In this document: in pieces, positions 37,437 to 47,608 of the stretch
Layout of the letters: every line of letters begins with the position of its first letter
How positions within the stretch are numbered: the first letter of the stretch is position 1
Assembly: GCA_017513085.1 (NCBI GenBank)
Contig: JAFWDK010000027.1
Coordinates: 96,001-160,000, forward strand
Reading direction: 5' to 3'
DNA: 64,000 nt
Origin: Clostridiales bacterium
GTDB taxonomy: Bacteria > Bacillota > Clostridia > Saccharofermentanales > Saccharofermentanaceae
The notes under the pieces: generated by a model
Databases searched by the model: none
What the model was told of the DNA's origin: nothing
Seen by the model: only the letters and a program-made list of their open reading frames with translations
Translations under genes and position numbers: made by a program

Positions 37437-37512
37437 GGGGCATTAGCTCAGCTGGGAGAGCGCCAGGTTCGCAATCTGGAGGTCGTGAGTTCGATCCTCA
37501 TATGCTCCACCA
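37437..37512 (+). tRNA. tRNA-Ala (anticodon CGC)
   Basis: GGGGCAT/ATGCTCC acceptor stem with G3:U70, D arm AGCTCAGCTGGGAGAGC, anticodon arm CCAGG-TTCGCAA-TCTGG, GTTCGAT T loop, encoded CCA. Confidence 0.97.
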
Positions 37513-37517
37513 AGAGA

Positions 37518-37563
37518 AAGGGCGTCTCAAAGTGATGCAAATCATTTTGAGACGCCTCTTTTT
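37518..37563 (+). terminator. terminator after tRNA (probably bidirectional)
   Basis: Stem GGCGTCTCAAA / TTTGAGACGCC followed by TCTTTTT. Confidence 0.7.
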
Positions 37564-37608
37564 ATGCAGATTTTGAAATGAACATAATCAGATTACGGCT
37601 CCACAGTT

Positions 37609-38610
37609 TTAACATTTCTTCGTTTCTTCGTATTGAATAACCGGGTGCTCAAAATCTATCTTTTTCACTTCCTCGCCCGTCAGGAAAAAGCACTCGATCC
37701 CTGGATAAAGCCATGAATCTTCCGTTCCGTCATCCAGTGTCCATCTTTGCTCGATCATATCTCCTCTGAAACCTACGTATCTTGTCTCGACAGCACCATC
37801 AGAAAAATGCACCGTGATCGTGACCACAACATCTTCAAATATCGCGTTGTAATATTCGACTATTTCTTCATCCGAAGGCGGCATAACTTCTTGCCTTATG
37901 CTGCCATCCGGCATTATGGTTTCATTCAAGACTTCAGGCTCCAGATCATAATACATCTGTTCCAGATCCGGCCGATCGATTATTTCCTTTACAAGAAAGA
38001 ATTCGAAGAACTTCTTATCCGTAAAAGGATAGTTGATCGTATAACTGCCATAATACCTTTGCCCGGGAACATTACGCGGATTATAGTCCGGGATAACTTC
38101 AAAATAATCAGCATAGTACGGCTTGATTTCAATTCCATGAAAATTGTCACTTGGGCCGATTCCTTTATGCTGCACCTCGGCAAATGAATTATAAAATGAG
38201 TATTCTACACTTTTCACATCTTCACCCTGAACATCAAAGCCGAGCGAAAACTCACAGGTTTCGGGGCCACATGAGATTCCCTTCTCTGCCAAAAAGTCAT
38301 TCGGATAAGTTAATGGTAACGATCCTCCATCCTCCATTTCCTGCGCGTTGACCGTTATAGCAAACGGATTCGCTTTTGATTTCTTTCGGGCGAATTGATT
38401 CCTGGCAACGAAAAAGATCAGTGCCGCCGCAGCAGCAGCTGAAGCAAAAGCAACTACCCGGATCAGCATTCTCTTTTTTTTTCTCTTTGTCTCATCGGAA
38501 GACCGCGTCGCGGCCGGCAAGTCCGGAAGATTTGCCAGTACGTCTTCTGCCTTAGTCCGGACAATATCCGGAATGATAATTTCTTTTTGGAATATATTAG
38601 GATTATTCAT
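37609..38610 (-). CDS. putative anti-sigma factor (single TM, acidic extracellular domain)
   Basis: Short N-terminal cytoplasmic part (IIIPDIV), basic patch plus Ala-rich TM, NPFAITV-A; directly downstream of an ECF sigma factor. Confidence 0.7.
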   Translation of the reverse strand: MNNPNIFQKEIIIPDIVRTKAEDVLANLPDLPAATRSSDETKRKKKRMLIRVVAFASAAAAAALIFFVARNQFARKKSKANPFAITVNAQEMEDGGSLPLTYPNDFLAEKGISCGPETCEFSLGFDVQGEDVKSVEYSFYNSFAEVQHKGIGPSDNFHGIEIKPYYADYFEVIPDYNPRNVPGQRYYGSYTINYPFTDKKFFEFFLVKEIIDRPDLEQMYYDLEPEVLNETIMPDGSIRQEVMPPSDEEIVEYYNAIFEDVVVTITVHFSDGAVETRYVGFRGDMIEQRWTLDDGTEDSWLYPGIECFFLTGEEVKKIDFEHPVIQYEETKKC

Positions 38611-38625
38611 CTTTACACCTCTTTC

Positions 38626-39135
38626 CTATCGAAAATCACCATAGTACTTCGCGAGGATCTCTCTTCCTCTCTGAAGCCTGGTGGTTACAGTGCTTTTGCT
38701 AAGCCCCGCCAATTCCGCGATCTCACTTGTTTTATAATCGTACACGTAGTAAAGAGTCATAACGAGACGATACTTCTCATCCAGTTTACTCATGGCTTCT
38801 TTAAGCTCGATATTGTATTCGTCCTCGGATACCGGCTCTTCCCACTCCGAAAGATCCGTATATCTTTTTCTGTCATTCAGGATGGCGTAACAGTTATTGA
38901 TCAGGATCCGTATCAGCCAGGTACTGAAATACTTCTCTTCGCGCAGTGTCGAGATCTTTTCCCAGCAGTTCAGGATCGAATCCTGTATGGCATCAGCCAC
39001 ATCTTCATCATTCATGAGAATAGAAAGGCTGACTTTATACATTTGTGTCATGTTCCGCCGGATCAGTTCCGCAAAAGCATCTTTGTCTCTGGTTTTGGCC
39101 AAATACACAAGTTGTTCCGTTTCCTTGTTCTTCAT
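38626..39135 (-). CDS. ECF RNA polymerase sigma factor (SigV-like)
   Basis: DKDAF-ELI, DVADAIQD, YFSTWLIRILIN and EIAE---LS-STV-TRL-RGR motifs. Confidence 0.92.
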   Translation of the reverse strand: MKNKETEQLVYLAKTRDKDAFAELIRRNMTQMYKVSLSILMNDEDVADAIQDSILNCWEKISTLREEKYFSTWLIRILINNCYAILNDRKRYTDLSEWEEPVSEDEYNIELKEAMSKLDEKYRLVMTLYYVYDYKTSEIAELAGLSKSTVTTRLQRGREILAKYYGDFR

Positions 39136-39410
39136 CAACACCTCCGCAGGAAAATTCAATTTGGATCCCAGCTTTTTCTCCCTACACTCATTAGATAAAG
39201 TTTATAGCATTTTGGTCTCACAAAACAAAAAATCGGCTGTGCCCGCCGAAGATTTGCTTCGTATCCACACAGCCGTTTCTATGATTGCATCTATATATAT
39301 GTTTCCCGACTATACAAAAACCCCGTTTTTCACTACGGTGAACCGTCATAAAAAAGGCGGTTTTTATATATGCCGGAAAAGTATATAGCAAACCCAAGGG
39401 TCCGCACCAA

Positions 39411-40337
39411 TTACTTCAAGAAGCCGTTGATGATCTGCTCTTCTGCTTCCTGCTCGGTCAGTCCGAATGTCATCAGCTTGATCAGCTGATCGCCGGCGAT
39501 CTTTCCGATTGCCGCCTCATGAACGAGCGCAGCGTCGACATTATTCGCTTCGAGACCAGGAACAGCCAGGATACGGCCGTTATCCATGATGATCGCATCG
39601 CACTCGGTATGACCGGAGCAAGCCGCATTACCTGTCAACACCGCATCGAACTTCTGATAGGAATCATCTCTGGCAACAGAACGGGAAACGACATCTGCCG
39701 AGCTTCTTTCACCGTTGAGATCTACACGGTAGTTGCTGATCGCATTCTGGCTGCCATGAGTCATGAGACGCTCATGAACGACCAGTCTCGCGCCCTTGCC
39801 CAGTTCGGCTTTGGTATCACGGACGGTGTCATCGACGCCCTTGATCTGGGTCATCTCCATCTCCATGTAGCTGTCTTCTTCCATATACACTTCCGTTCCC
39901 GGATTCAGGATACGCTTGCCTGAACCATCGCCGGAACCATAGTGTTTCTCGACATACTTTACCTTCGAACCACGCCCGACAAAGAAGCGATGAATACCAT
40001 CGTGCTCGGAATCCTTCGGCCCGCAGTTATCGATACCGCAACCTGCCACGATCACGACATCACAGTCTTCTCCGATATAAAAGTCGTTATAGACGATCTC
40101 TTTAATGCCACTGGCCGTCATAACTACCGGAATATGCACACTCTCGTTCTTCGTACCCGGCTTGATCTTAATGTCGATGCCGGAACCATTCTCTTTCGGT
40201 GTAATCTCGATATTCGCCGTAGAATTTCTCGCTACAGCCTGACCATTGGCGCGTATGTTAAAAGCACCTACCGGAACTTTATGCAGATCGGCAACTTCTT
40301 CCAAAAGACGATCGGATACAGAATCCAGATTCAACAT
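39411..40337 (-). CDS. sufB: SufB/SufD-family Fe-S scaffold (SmsB-like)
   Basis: Beta-helix core, GHTECDAII and VHEAAIGKI...LMTFGL-EQEAE--II-GFL; TAATG overlap with sufC. Confidence 0.85.
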   Translation of the reverse strand: MLNLDSVSDRLLEEVADLHKVPVGAFNIRANGQAVARNSTANIEITPKENGSGIDIKIKPGTKNESVHIPVVMTASGIKEIVYNDFYIGEDCDVVIVAGCGIDNCGPKDSEHDGIHRFFVGRGSKVKYVEKHYGSGDGSGKRILNPGTEVYMEEDSYMEMEMTQIKGVDDTVRDTKAELGKGARLVVHERLMTHGSQNAISNYRVDLNGERSSADVVSRSVARDDSYQKFDAVLTGNAACSGHTECDAIIMDNGRILAVPGLEANNVDAALVHEAAIGKIAGDQLIKLMTFGLTEQEAEEQIINGFLK

Positions 40338-41086
40338 TACTCCTCGCCTCCTTCCAAAGCCCGTTCTTTCTCGCAACGCTTCACGGCCGACATCGTTCCG
40401 GCCAGTTTCGGCAGGATCTCCTCTTTCGGTCCATGCTCAACAAGCTTACCATCGCTTAAGACGATGATCTCATCCGCAATATTCAGGATCCTCTCCTGAT
40501 GCGAAATGATCAGGATCGAACTGTCCTTGATTTCTTTTCTCATACCTTCGAAAACCTTGATGAGGTTCTGGAAACTCCAAAGATCGATACCCGCCTCCGG
40601 CTCATCGAACACGGAAAGCTGGGAAGCCTTGGCCAAAACGGTCGCAATCTCGATACGCTTCAGTTCTCCACCCGAAAGGCTGGCATTTACTTCACGATTG
40701 ATGTAATCTCTCGCGCACAGACCTACAGCAGAAAGATACTTACAAGCATCGACAGATGACAGCTTGGTACCTGTCGCCAGACGGATCAGGTCAAAGACCT
40801 GCAGTCCCTTAAACCTTACCGGCTGCTGGAAAGCAAAACCGATACCGGCTCTAGCGCGGTCCGTGATCGACATATCCGTAATATCCTGACCATTAAACAG
40901 GATCTTACCCGAAGTGGGCTTGATGATGCCCGCGATCAGCTTGGCCATCGTAGACTTACCGCCACCATTCGGTCCGGTGATCACGGTAAGATGCCCGTCC
41001 GGGATCTTAAAACTGATGTCATGCAGGATGCCGATATCCTGCCCTTCCTCATTCACTTCGAATGAGACATGCTGCAATTCAAGCAT
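40337..41086 (-). CDS. sufC: SufC-like ABC ATPase (SmsC-like)
   Basis: GPNGGGKST, AFQQP, LSGGELKRIE and FDEPEAGID motifs. Confidence 0.88.
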   Translation of the reverse strand: MLELQHVSFEVNEEGQDIGILHDISFKIPDGHLTVITGPNGGGKSTMAKLIAGIIKPTSGKILFNGQDITDMSITDRARAGIGFAFQQPVRFKGLQVFDLIRLATGTKLSSVDACKYLSAVGLCARDYINREVNASLSGGELKRIEIATVLAKASQLSVFDEPEAGIDLWSFQNLIKVFEGMRKEIKDSSILIISHQERILNIADEIIVLSDGKLVEHGPKEEILPKLAGTMSAVKRCEKERALEGGEE

Positions 41087-41170
41087 GATTATCTCCTTGT
41101 CTAGGGAATTATATTATTTCAGTGCTTTTGGCACGGCAGAAGAAACTGCTTGAGTCCGTGGCGGCACTGA

Positions 41171-42175
41171 TCAAAATTCAACCATGGGATATTGTACCAC
41201 GATTTGGAACCCTTTTCCCGTCTCCGAAGCAACATCCAGGGAAAATTTCATGTCATCCGCCATTTTTTTGACCAGATAAAGGCCCATGCCGGTAGCTTTC
41301 TTTCTCACAGCGCCCGTATCGCCCGTAAAACCGCGTTCAAAAATATAAGGAAGATCGCACTGCTTGACACCGATGCCGTTGTCCGAAATGACCAGTTTGT
41401 CGGGGCCTTCGGGAGCAAACTTCAGTTGAGGATCCTCGGAGGAATACTTGATGGCATTACTCACGATCTGCCCGAGAATAAAATGAAGCGCGCGCCGATC
41501 CGAAAAAACCAGTTCCACACCCAGCTCATTGATCACGGTAAAGTTCTTCTCGGATAGAAGCGGGCGGTAATCCTCGATCACTTCGTCCACGGCCTCTTTC
41601 AAGGAAAGCTTTTCGAAAAGATAATCCTTCCGCTCACCCTTGACGCGTGCATATTGGAGCATCTGCTCCACGGATTCGCTGAGATTACTGCGGATAAATT
41701 CGATTTTGTAGGCCATCTCCGGCGGCATGGTATCCCTGTTATTGTCTAGGATCATGGTCAAAAGCGCGATCGGCGTTTTCGCCTCGTGCGCCCACTTCTC
41801 CACGTACTCCTCATATTCTTCATTCTGGGAGATCAAAGTGCTCTTCTGAGTCTCATTCTTATCCAGAAGGTCCAGCAGCACTTTCATGCGTTCTTTCGAA
41901 AAACCACGATGACGGGAAACCAGTATCTCGGCCTTTGCTTTTTCAGGATCCTGCAGGTAATCGGAAAAAGCTCTTGCGATCCGCTTCTCTCGTCCCCAGA
42001 GGAAAGCGCACACCGCTGCAAAAGAAAGAATGGTAAAGAGCACCAGGGCAAGACTCAGGGTCACCAGGCTTCTGGCGTCCACCACCCAGAGCATACCGAC
42101 AAAAAATGCATCACAAAGAAGGAGATAGATCAGCCAGTGTATGTGTTCGTGGAGAACGAGAAAAAACTTCTTCAT
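41171..42175 (-). CDS. BceS-like intramembrane-sensing histidine kinase
   Basis: Two N-terminal TMs with a tiny loop; WAHEAKTP, NAIKY, DNGIG, IFERGFTG and TGMGLYL motifs. Confidence 0.9.
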   Translation of the reverse strand: MKKFFLVLHEHIHWLIYLLLCDAFFVGMLWVVDARSLVTLSLALVLFTILSFAAVCAFLWGREKRIARAFSDYLQDPEKAKAEILVSRHRGFSKERMKVLLDLLDKNETQKSTLISQNEEYEEYVEKWAHEAKTPIALLTMILDNNRDTMPPEMAYKIEFIRSNLSESVEQMLQYARVKGERKDYLFEKLSLKEAVDEVIEDYRPLLSEKNFTVINELGVELVFSDRRALHFILGQIVSNAIKYSSEDPQLKFAPEGPDKLVISDNGIGVKQCDLPYIFERGFTGDTGAVRKKATGMGLYLVKKMADDMKFSLDVASETGKGFQIVVQYPMVEF

Positions 42176-42858
42176 GCGTCCCCCTCCGTCTCCACGGCGC
42201 AAAGGCGGTATCCCACGCCCCGCTCGGGCACGATGGAAAGCTTCATGGAAAGGCCGTTCATCGTTTTCTTTAATCTCGTCAGGTTCACCTGCAACGCATT
42301 TTCATCGATAAACTCGCTCGTTCCCCAGACCGCTTCGCAGATGGTTTCTTTCGTCACCACATTGCCCATGTCCAGCATCAGGCTTTCCAGGATCTTTCCC
42401 TGATTCTTCGGTAAAAGCACTGACCGGTTGTCGATATAGAGGGTAAATGTCCCGCGGTCCAGAAGAAATCCCGGCCCCTCGAGCATGTTGCTTCTTCCTT
42501 CGTAGCGCTTGAGAACGTTGGCGATCCGGGCCAGAAGGCGCTCTTTCCGGTATGGTTTCGTGATAAATTCATCAGCGCCCAGCTCCAGTGCAAGAAGTTC
42601 ATCACGCAACTGATCCCGGGAGGTCAGGATGACCACCGGGACCGCACTTTTATTCTTCACTTCACGACAGATCTGAAAGCCACTCTTCTCCGGGAGATTG
42701 ATATCCAGAAGCAGAAGATCCGGCGGATCGCTTAGGATGCTCTCCGTCACGCAGGTAAAATCGGAGAGGACGGAAACACTGTACCGTTCCTTTTCGAGCA
42801 TGGTGCGAAGCTCCTCCGCCACCATCTTTTCATCTTCGACTACCGCGATCCGCTTCAT
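42172..42858 (-). CDS. BceR-like OmpR family response regulator
   Basis: VVEDE, LLDINLP, GADEFITKP and FIDENALQVN-TRL motifs. Confidence 0.92.
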   Translation of the reverse strand: MKRIAVVEDEKMVAEELRTMLEKERYSVSVLSDFTCVTESILSDPPDLLLLDINLPEKSGFQICREVKNKSAVPVVILTSRDQLRDELLALELGADEFITKPYRKERLLARIANVLKRYEGRSNMLEGPGFLLDRGTFTLYIDNRSVLLPKNQGKILESLMLDMGNVVTKETICEAVWGTSEFIDENALQVNLTRLKKTMNGLSMKLSIVPERGVGYRLCAVETEGDA

Positions 42859-42935
42859 GAACAGGTCTTCCTTTCTGCACCGCCTGATCCCGCCTCCACC
42901 GCACGGAAAGTCCGGCGGAAGCGCTTCTTGGCGTA

Positions 42936-44981
42936 TTACTCCTCTCTTTCCGGAGTCATCAGGGTCTCCAGGAATCTCGAGCTCGAACGCTTGACGAGGA
43001 ACATATACACATATTCTATCAGACCGAACAAGGCAATCACAATCAGGACCACAGGAATCATGTCCGACATGCTGACTTTTGTCCGACTGGAAAGGATCGC
43101 GTTAAAGAGCGCACGGGTCGCAAAGTACGCACTGGCGCAGGCGACGAATATCGGAATGCCGAAATACCAGTTGATCTGCTTCTTACTACTCTTGTACAGC
43201 GTCTTGTGGTCTGCACCGAGCTTCACCAGTGTACGGTAACGGCGGGCCGAACGCTTCTGTCCCATGAGGAACTGTACCGCCAGGATCGTGTTGGCCACTA
43301 CGAGGAAGATCATGGCCAGATAAAGTGTCACATAGCTGGCGGCAACCAGGTAGAACAGCTGACGGCCCATGTTCTGCAGATAACTTTCGTACACGATCGG
43401 ATAGGTGTCCAGCTTCTCATTGATCTCGGTATAGACTTTGACCTGATCGTCTTTCTTATATCTGGTTCTGTCAAGGATACCGTTAAGATATGTTTCTTCT
43501 TTTCCGTCCACAAACTTGTCGAAATCCGCATCCGGAACGATGAGCGCACCGGAAAGGGTGATGTATCGGTCGGTCACGATCGGCGCGTGCTGCACTTCGC
43601 CCGCCATGACATAGTCCTTATCCACCAGTTTGACATGTGGTCTTCTGGAAAGGATCTCATTGTCCTGCTCGTCGTTCCCGGCATAATCCTGGCTTCGATA
43701 AAGTCCGAGCTCACCCTTCTGCAGTACATAAGGTTCGTATCCCATGGCTTCGATGAGCCTGCAGTAATCCGAGTAGCGGATCATGAACGGGAACCCGTCG
43801 ATTCCGGCTCCCCTATAACGCGGATCCATCATTTCATATTCTTCACTATATATGCGGTTGAATTCGTCTCCGTCAAAAGCACTGTCGAAGTTTTCGTGTC
43901 CGGCAATATACGGGTGACCGAGTTTCAACGTGTCAAGGAAGGCAAATTCGTCTTCGATGCCGGCATCTTTGACATAGAACATCTGATCCTTCTGTTCGTT
44001 GAGGTCTGCAAAGGTATAGTCGACGCGCTTCTGATCGTACATGTTATACGACGTGAATGTACCGAATCCGGATGCCAGGCAGGCCACGGCCACCAGGATC
44101 AGAAGCGAACAGATCGCCAATGTTCCGGACTTGAAGATAACGGTATCTTCCACCTGACGGAAGTTGAAAACATGCAGTTTTTTGCTGCTGCCGATTCGTG
44201 CGATCCGGTCAATGATGACACGAAGTCCACGGAACAGAAGGATCGTTCCAATCAAACCGAGAAGCACTGTTTTACCAAGCGAATTGACGTTTTCCCATGC
44301 ATCGCCGTGGATACCGGAATAATAGGCACAGCACAGGATGACGGTTCCCATAACGAGGAAGATCACGTGCAGGATCGAGTTCTTTTTCATGCGGACATTA
44401 TCCGGGGCATCCTGAAGAAGCGTACCGACTTCTTTCCTGCTCAACTTGATGGCGTGGATGATGAAAGCCAGAAGTTTGACGCCCAGGAAGCCCAGCGCCG
44501 TGTACCCGACTGCTTCAAGGTTAAAGGTGATCTGGTGTCCGAGGAAGCCGATGCCCACCATCTTTACAGTAAGAAGGCTGATCAGTTCGGTGAGGAGTAC
44601 CGACACCGGAAGGCCGATGAGCAGGGCGATGGCACTGCTGCTGATGTCTTCGAGAAGGAGCATGCCAAGAAGTTTCATCCTCTTCATGCCCATCATAATG
44701 TAGACACCGAACTCGTGGCTTCGTCGCTCGATCTGATATTTACTGGCGAAGTAGATCAATGCGAATATGATAAAAAGCGTGAAGCCGTAAAGAACGACGA
44801 TCATGGCGAAAAGTTTCCTGATCGCGTCACTCTCCAGCGTCTGCAGGTAGCGCATGACGTCCTGGCTTGAAAGTGAAAGTACAACGTAAAATGCAATGAT
44901 CGACAGAATCAGAGAACCCATGAAAAGTGCGTTTTCTTTGTGGCTCCGGACGCTGTTGCGGAAGACAAGTTTAAAGAACAT
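42936..44981 (-). CDS. BceB-like FtsX-family ABC permease
   Basis: RRSHEFGVY--MGM, about 10 TMs with a large extracellular loop, RYRTL-KLG and QI-WYFGIP motifs. Confidence 0.88.
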   Translation of the reverse strand: MFFKLVFRNSVRSHKENALFMGSLILSIIAFYVVLSLSSQDVMRYLQTLESDAIRKLFAMIVVLYGFTLFIIFALIYFASKYQIERRSHEFGVYIMMGMKRMKLLGMLLLEDISSSAIALLIGLPVSVLLTELISLLTVKMVGIGFLGHQITFNLEAVGYTALGFLGVKLLAFIIHAIKLSRKEVGTLLQDAPDNVRMKKNSILHVIFLVMGTVILCCAYYSGIHGDAWENVNSLGKTVLLGLIGTILLFRGLRVIIDRIARIGSSKKLHVFNFRQVEDTVIFKSGTLAICSLLILVAVACLASGFGTFTSYNMYDQKRVDYTFADLNEQKDQMFYVKDAGIEDEFAFLDTLKLGHPYIAGHENFDSAFDGDEFNRIYSEEYEMMDPRYRGAGIDGFPFMIRYSDYCRLIEAMGYEPYVLQKGELGLYRSQDYAGNDEQDNEILSRRPHVKLVDKDYVMAGEVQHAPIVTDRYITLSGALIVPDADFDKFVDGKEETYLNGILDRTRYKKDDQVKVYTEINEKLDTYPIVYESYLQNMGRQLFYLVAASYVTLYLAMIFLVVANTILAVQFLMGQKRSARRYRTLVKLGADHKTLYKSSKKQINWYFGIPIFVACASAYFATRALFNAILSSRTKVSMSDMIPVVLIVIALFGLIEYVYMFLVKRSSSRFLETLMTPEREE

Positions 44982-45735
44982 TGGCGCTTCCTCCTCCCAG
45001 CTGAGCCAGTACGTTCAGGATACGCTCGTAGAAATCCTGGCGGCTCTCCCCGTCATCTTTTCTGATCTCGTGGAAAAGCTTGCCATCCTGGATGAACATG
45101 ATCCGGTTGCAGAAACTTGCGGCATTGGAATCGTGGGTGACCATGAGGATCGTCGCACCATCCTCCTTGTTCAGGCCCTCAAGTTTCGTCATCAGTGCTT
45201 TTGCATTCTTAGAATCAAGAGCACCCGTCGGCTCATCGCAAAGGATCAGGCCAGGATTCAGGATCAGGGCACGTGCCGCGGCGATACGCTGCTTCTCACC
45301 ACCCGACATCTGGGACGGGAACTTATTTAAGATCTCGTTGATCTCCAGATAGGAAGTCAGCTTGTTCAATCGCTCGTCATCAACCTTGGCGCCGTGCAGG
45401 GAAACCGGAAGCAGGATGTTTTCCTTACCCGTCAGATTATCGATCAGTTCAAAGCTCTGAAAGAGATAACCCATCTGCTGGCCTCTGTATTTCGCCAGCG
45501 CCGAGCCGGAGAGCTTGTTGATCGCTGTCCCCTCCATCTCGATCGTACCCGCCGACGGCGAGATCACCGCTGCAATACAATTCAGGAGCGTGGACTTACC
45601 GGAACCTGATGCACCCATGATGCCCAGGAACTCACCCGGCATAACTTCAAATGAAATTCCATCGATCGCCTTTGTCTGGCTCTCGCCTTTTCCATAGTAT
45701 TTCTTCAACGACTCAATCTTCAAAACGGGTTGCAT
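44971..45735 (-). CDS. BceA-like ABC ATPase
   Basis: GASGSGKST, MSGGEKQR, DEPTGALDSK and MVTHD motifs. Confidence 0.92.
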   Translation of the reverse strand: MQPVLKIESLKKYYGKGESQTKAIDGISFEVMPGEFLGIMGASGSGKSTLLNCIAAVISPSAGTIEMEGTAINKLSGSALAKYRGQQMGYLFQSFELIDNLTGKENILLPVSLHGAKVDDERLNKLTSYLEINEILNKFPSQMSGGEKQRIAAARALILNPGLILCDEPTGALDSKNAKALMTKLEGLNKEDGATILMVTHDSNAASFCNRIMFIQDGKLFHEIRKDDGESRQDFYERILNVLAQLGGGSANVL

Positions 45736-45793
45736 AACAGAACCTCCCTTTCTTTCTTGAGTACATCGTAAAACAAGGGAGGCGGAAATACCA

Positions 45794-45810
45794 CTTACAT
45801 TGCGTGTAAG
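45794..45810. promoter_or_regulatory. BceR-type binding site
   Basis: CTTACA-TTGCG-TGTAAG inverted repeat about 60 bp upstream of bceA, close to the TNACA-N4-TGTAA consensus of BceR-like regulators. Confidence 0.7.
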
Positions 45811-45836
45811 GAAAATGGAAATAGCTAGACGGAAGA

Positions 45837-46454
45837 CTATATTGTCTGGAAAAACATGACAAAGCGGTATGTTCCGTCTTCATATTCATTGATATAGTAT
45901 TTCCTTGGGCAACCGAGAGAATATGGTCCGTATTTTCTTGAAACTTCATCCTCACTGATAATCGGAAGAAGATCATTTCTTACCTCATATTGTTTCACTT
46001 TCACTCCACGGATATCTTCGGTTTCCTCCGGAGCAGATCCGTGTGCCTGTAAGATGGCTGCTTCACATTCTTCCGGTAGATCACTACACATATCTTCGAT
46101 GCTTTTGTAAGCCAATGTCTCAACCATATATGCAGGATCACGATTACCGCGATTGGAATACAATTCGAAACAGTGCTTGGCCTCGGGAAGAAACATATAA
46201 TAGCTCCATCGCGTTTTATCTTCGGAAGAAAGACTTGTCTGTGCATACCATCTCGTATCCGTTTTAATGAAAGAAGCAAGGCAACTGTACATGCAGAAGC
46301 CGATAAATAAAAGAACGCAGATGCTCACAGACAGGAACCATTGTAGGCAGCCTTTTTTCATATCATACTCATCGTCCTGTCTTGCATGTCCTATTACAAA
46401 AATAAGAATTATGGCAAGCAATCCAACTCCCAAAACCGCCAAAAACATATTCAT
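45837..46454 (-). CDS. hypothetical membrane protein (2 N-terminal TMs)
   Basis: 205-aa ORF with RBS AAGGA; no recognised family. Confidence 0.65.
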   Translation of the reverse strand: MNMFLAVLGVGLLAIILIFVIGHARQDDEYDMKKGCLQWFLSVSICVLLFIGFCMYSCLASFIKTDTRWYAQTSLSSEDKTRWSYYMFLPEAKHCFELYSNRGNRDPAYMVETLAYKSIEDMCSDLPEECEAAILQAHGSAPEETEDIRGVKVKQYEVRNDLLPIISEDEVSRKYGPYSLGCPRKYYINEYEDGTYRFVMFFQTI

Positions 46455-46680
46455 CCTTCTTTCTTATTCTTCAATGACCCGCGATTCCTAAAGATTACTG
46501 TATCTGATACGATAATAGCATGGTGCGTATTGAATTGCAATCATTTTTTATCGAAAAACGATATATTTTTGTTCTTTCTTAATATGTAGTTGTCAAGCAC
46601 GAATTAGACTTCCGGCTTGCAATAGAGGAACAAGAAATCTATATACGATCGTTCACTGTCTTACTGGTTTTCGGTCTTCT

Positions 46681-47586
46681 TTACATACGAGGACGACAAT
46701 GCTTTTTCTCCGTGCTACTGAGCACGATTCCCGCAAGTACCAGCAAAACGCCGACCGCCACACTCCAGGTCATGGATTCTCCGAACCAGAGTATTCCGTT
46801 CAATGTCGCGACAACAGGTTCGATCGAGGCAATGATCGAAGCCTGCCCGTTTTCGACTTTTTTCAGACCGATCGTGTAGACCAGATACGGAAGGACCGTC
46901 GAAACCAAAACAAAAGTCACAGCCAAAGCGATGCCCGACCCGGAAAGCGTCACTACGTTCCAGACCTTTTGCGGCTTCGCGAAAAGCACTGTCCCGAAGC
47001 TTGCAAAGAGAAAAGTATAGAAGCTGATCGTGGAGGATTCATATCCTCTTTCCAGCGCATATCGTCCGAATATAGAATATAGCGCGTATCCGAGTCCGGC
47101 GCCCAAACCGATGAGAACGGCTTTCCCTGTCAGACGATCCGTGCCACCGATCACGCCGGTTACAAAGACAAGTCCCAGAAAAGAAAGAAAAAGCGCCACC
47201 AGTTTTCTGCCGGTAAGTTTTTCCTTAAAACAGAATGCCGAGATGACCATTACAAAAGCCGGTGCCGTATAAAGCAGGATCGCCGCTACGGACAAAGATG
47301 TGATCGTGATCTCCGTAAAATAGCAGAGATTGAAAAACACGATACTAAGAAGCCCCGTTCCGAGGAAGCACCAGATATCTTTCCACTTGATGCGGAAGAG
47401 TTTCTTATCCCGAAAAAGAAGGAACAATGCCATGAAGACGGTGGTCCATGAAGCACGGAGAAATACGATATCCCAGGATGAAAGGCCGTTCTTATTCAGT
47501 GGTCGGACAAAAAGCCCCATACATCCCCAGAGGATGCCCGCCAAAAGTATGAGGAGCTTACTCCCAATGTTCTTCTTCGAAGTCAT
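46681..47586 (-). CDS. EamA/DMT family transporter
   Basis: LWG, LLYTAP, KEKLT, YALYSI and ASIIASIEPVVA motifs. Confidence 0.9.
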   Translation of the reverse strand: MTSKKNIGSKLLILLAGILWGCMGLFVRPLNKNGLSSWDIVFLRASWTTVFMALFLLFRDKKLFRIKWKDIWCFLGTGLLSIVFFNLCYFTEITITSLSVAAILLYTAPAFVMVISAFCFKEKLTGRKLVALFLSFLGLVFVTGVIGGTDRLTGKAVLIGLGAGLGYALYSIFGRYALERGYESSTISFYTFLFASFGTVLFAKPQKVWNVVTLSGSGIALAVTFVLVSTVLPYLVYTIGLKKVENGQASIIASIEPVVATLNGILWFGESMTWSVAVGVLLVLAGIVLSSTEKKHCRPRM

Positions 47587-47608
47587 CTAAAGATCACCTT
47601 AGCAAAAA

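Noticed and set aside
39231-39366. Two hairpins upstream of the ECF sigma gene as a riboswitch
   Set aside because: Consistent with terminators of the sufCB operon; no known aptamer motif.
43206-44870. 554-aa plus-strand ORF
   Set aside because: Antisense to the BceB-like permease; His/Arg/Asp-rich composition typical of shadow frames.
37437-46454. Integrative element at tRNA-Ala
   Set aside because: No integrase or transposase, and no duplicated tRNA 3' end (att) was seen.
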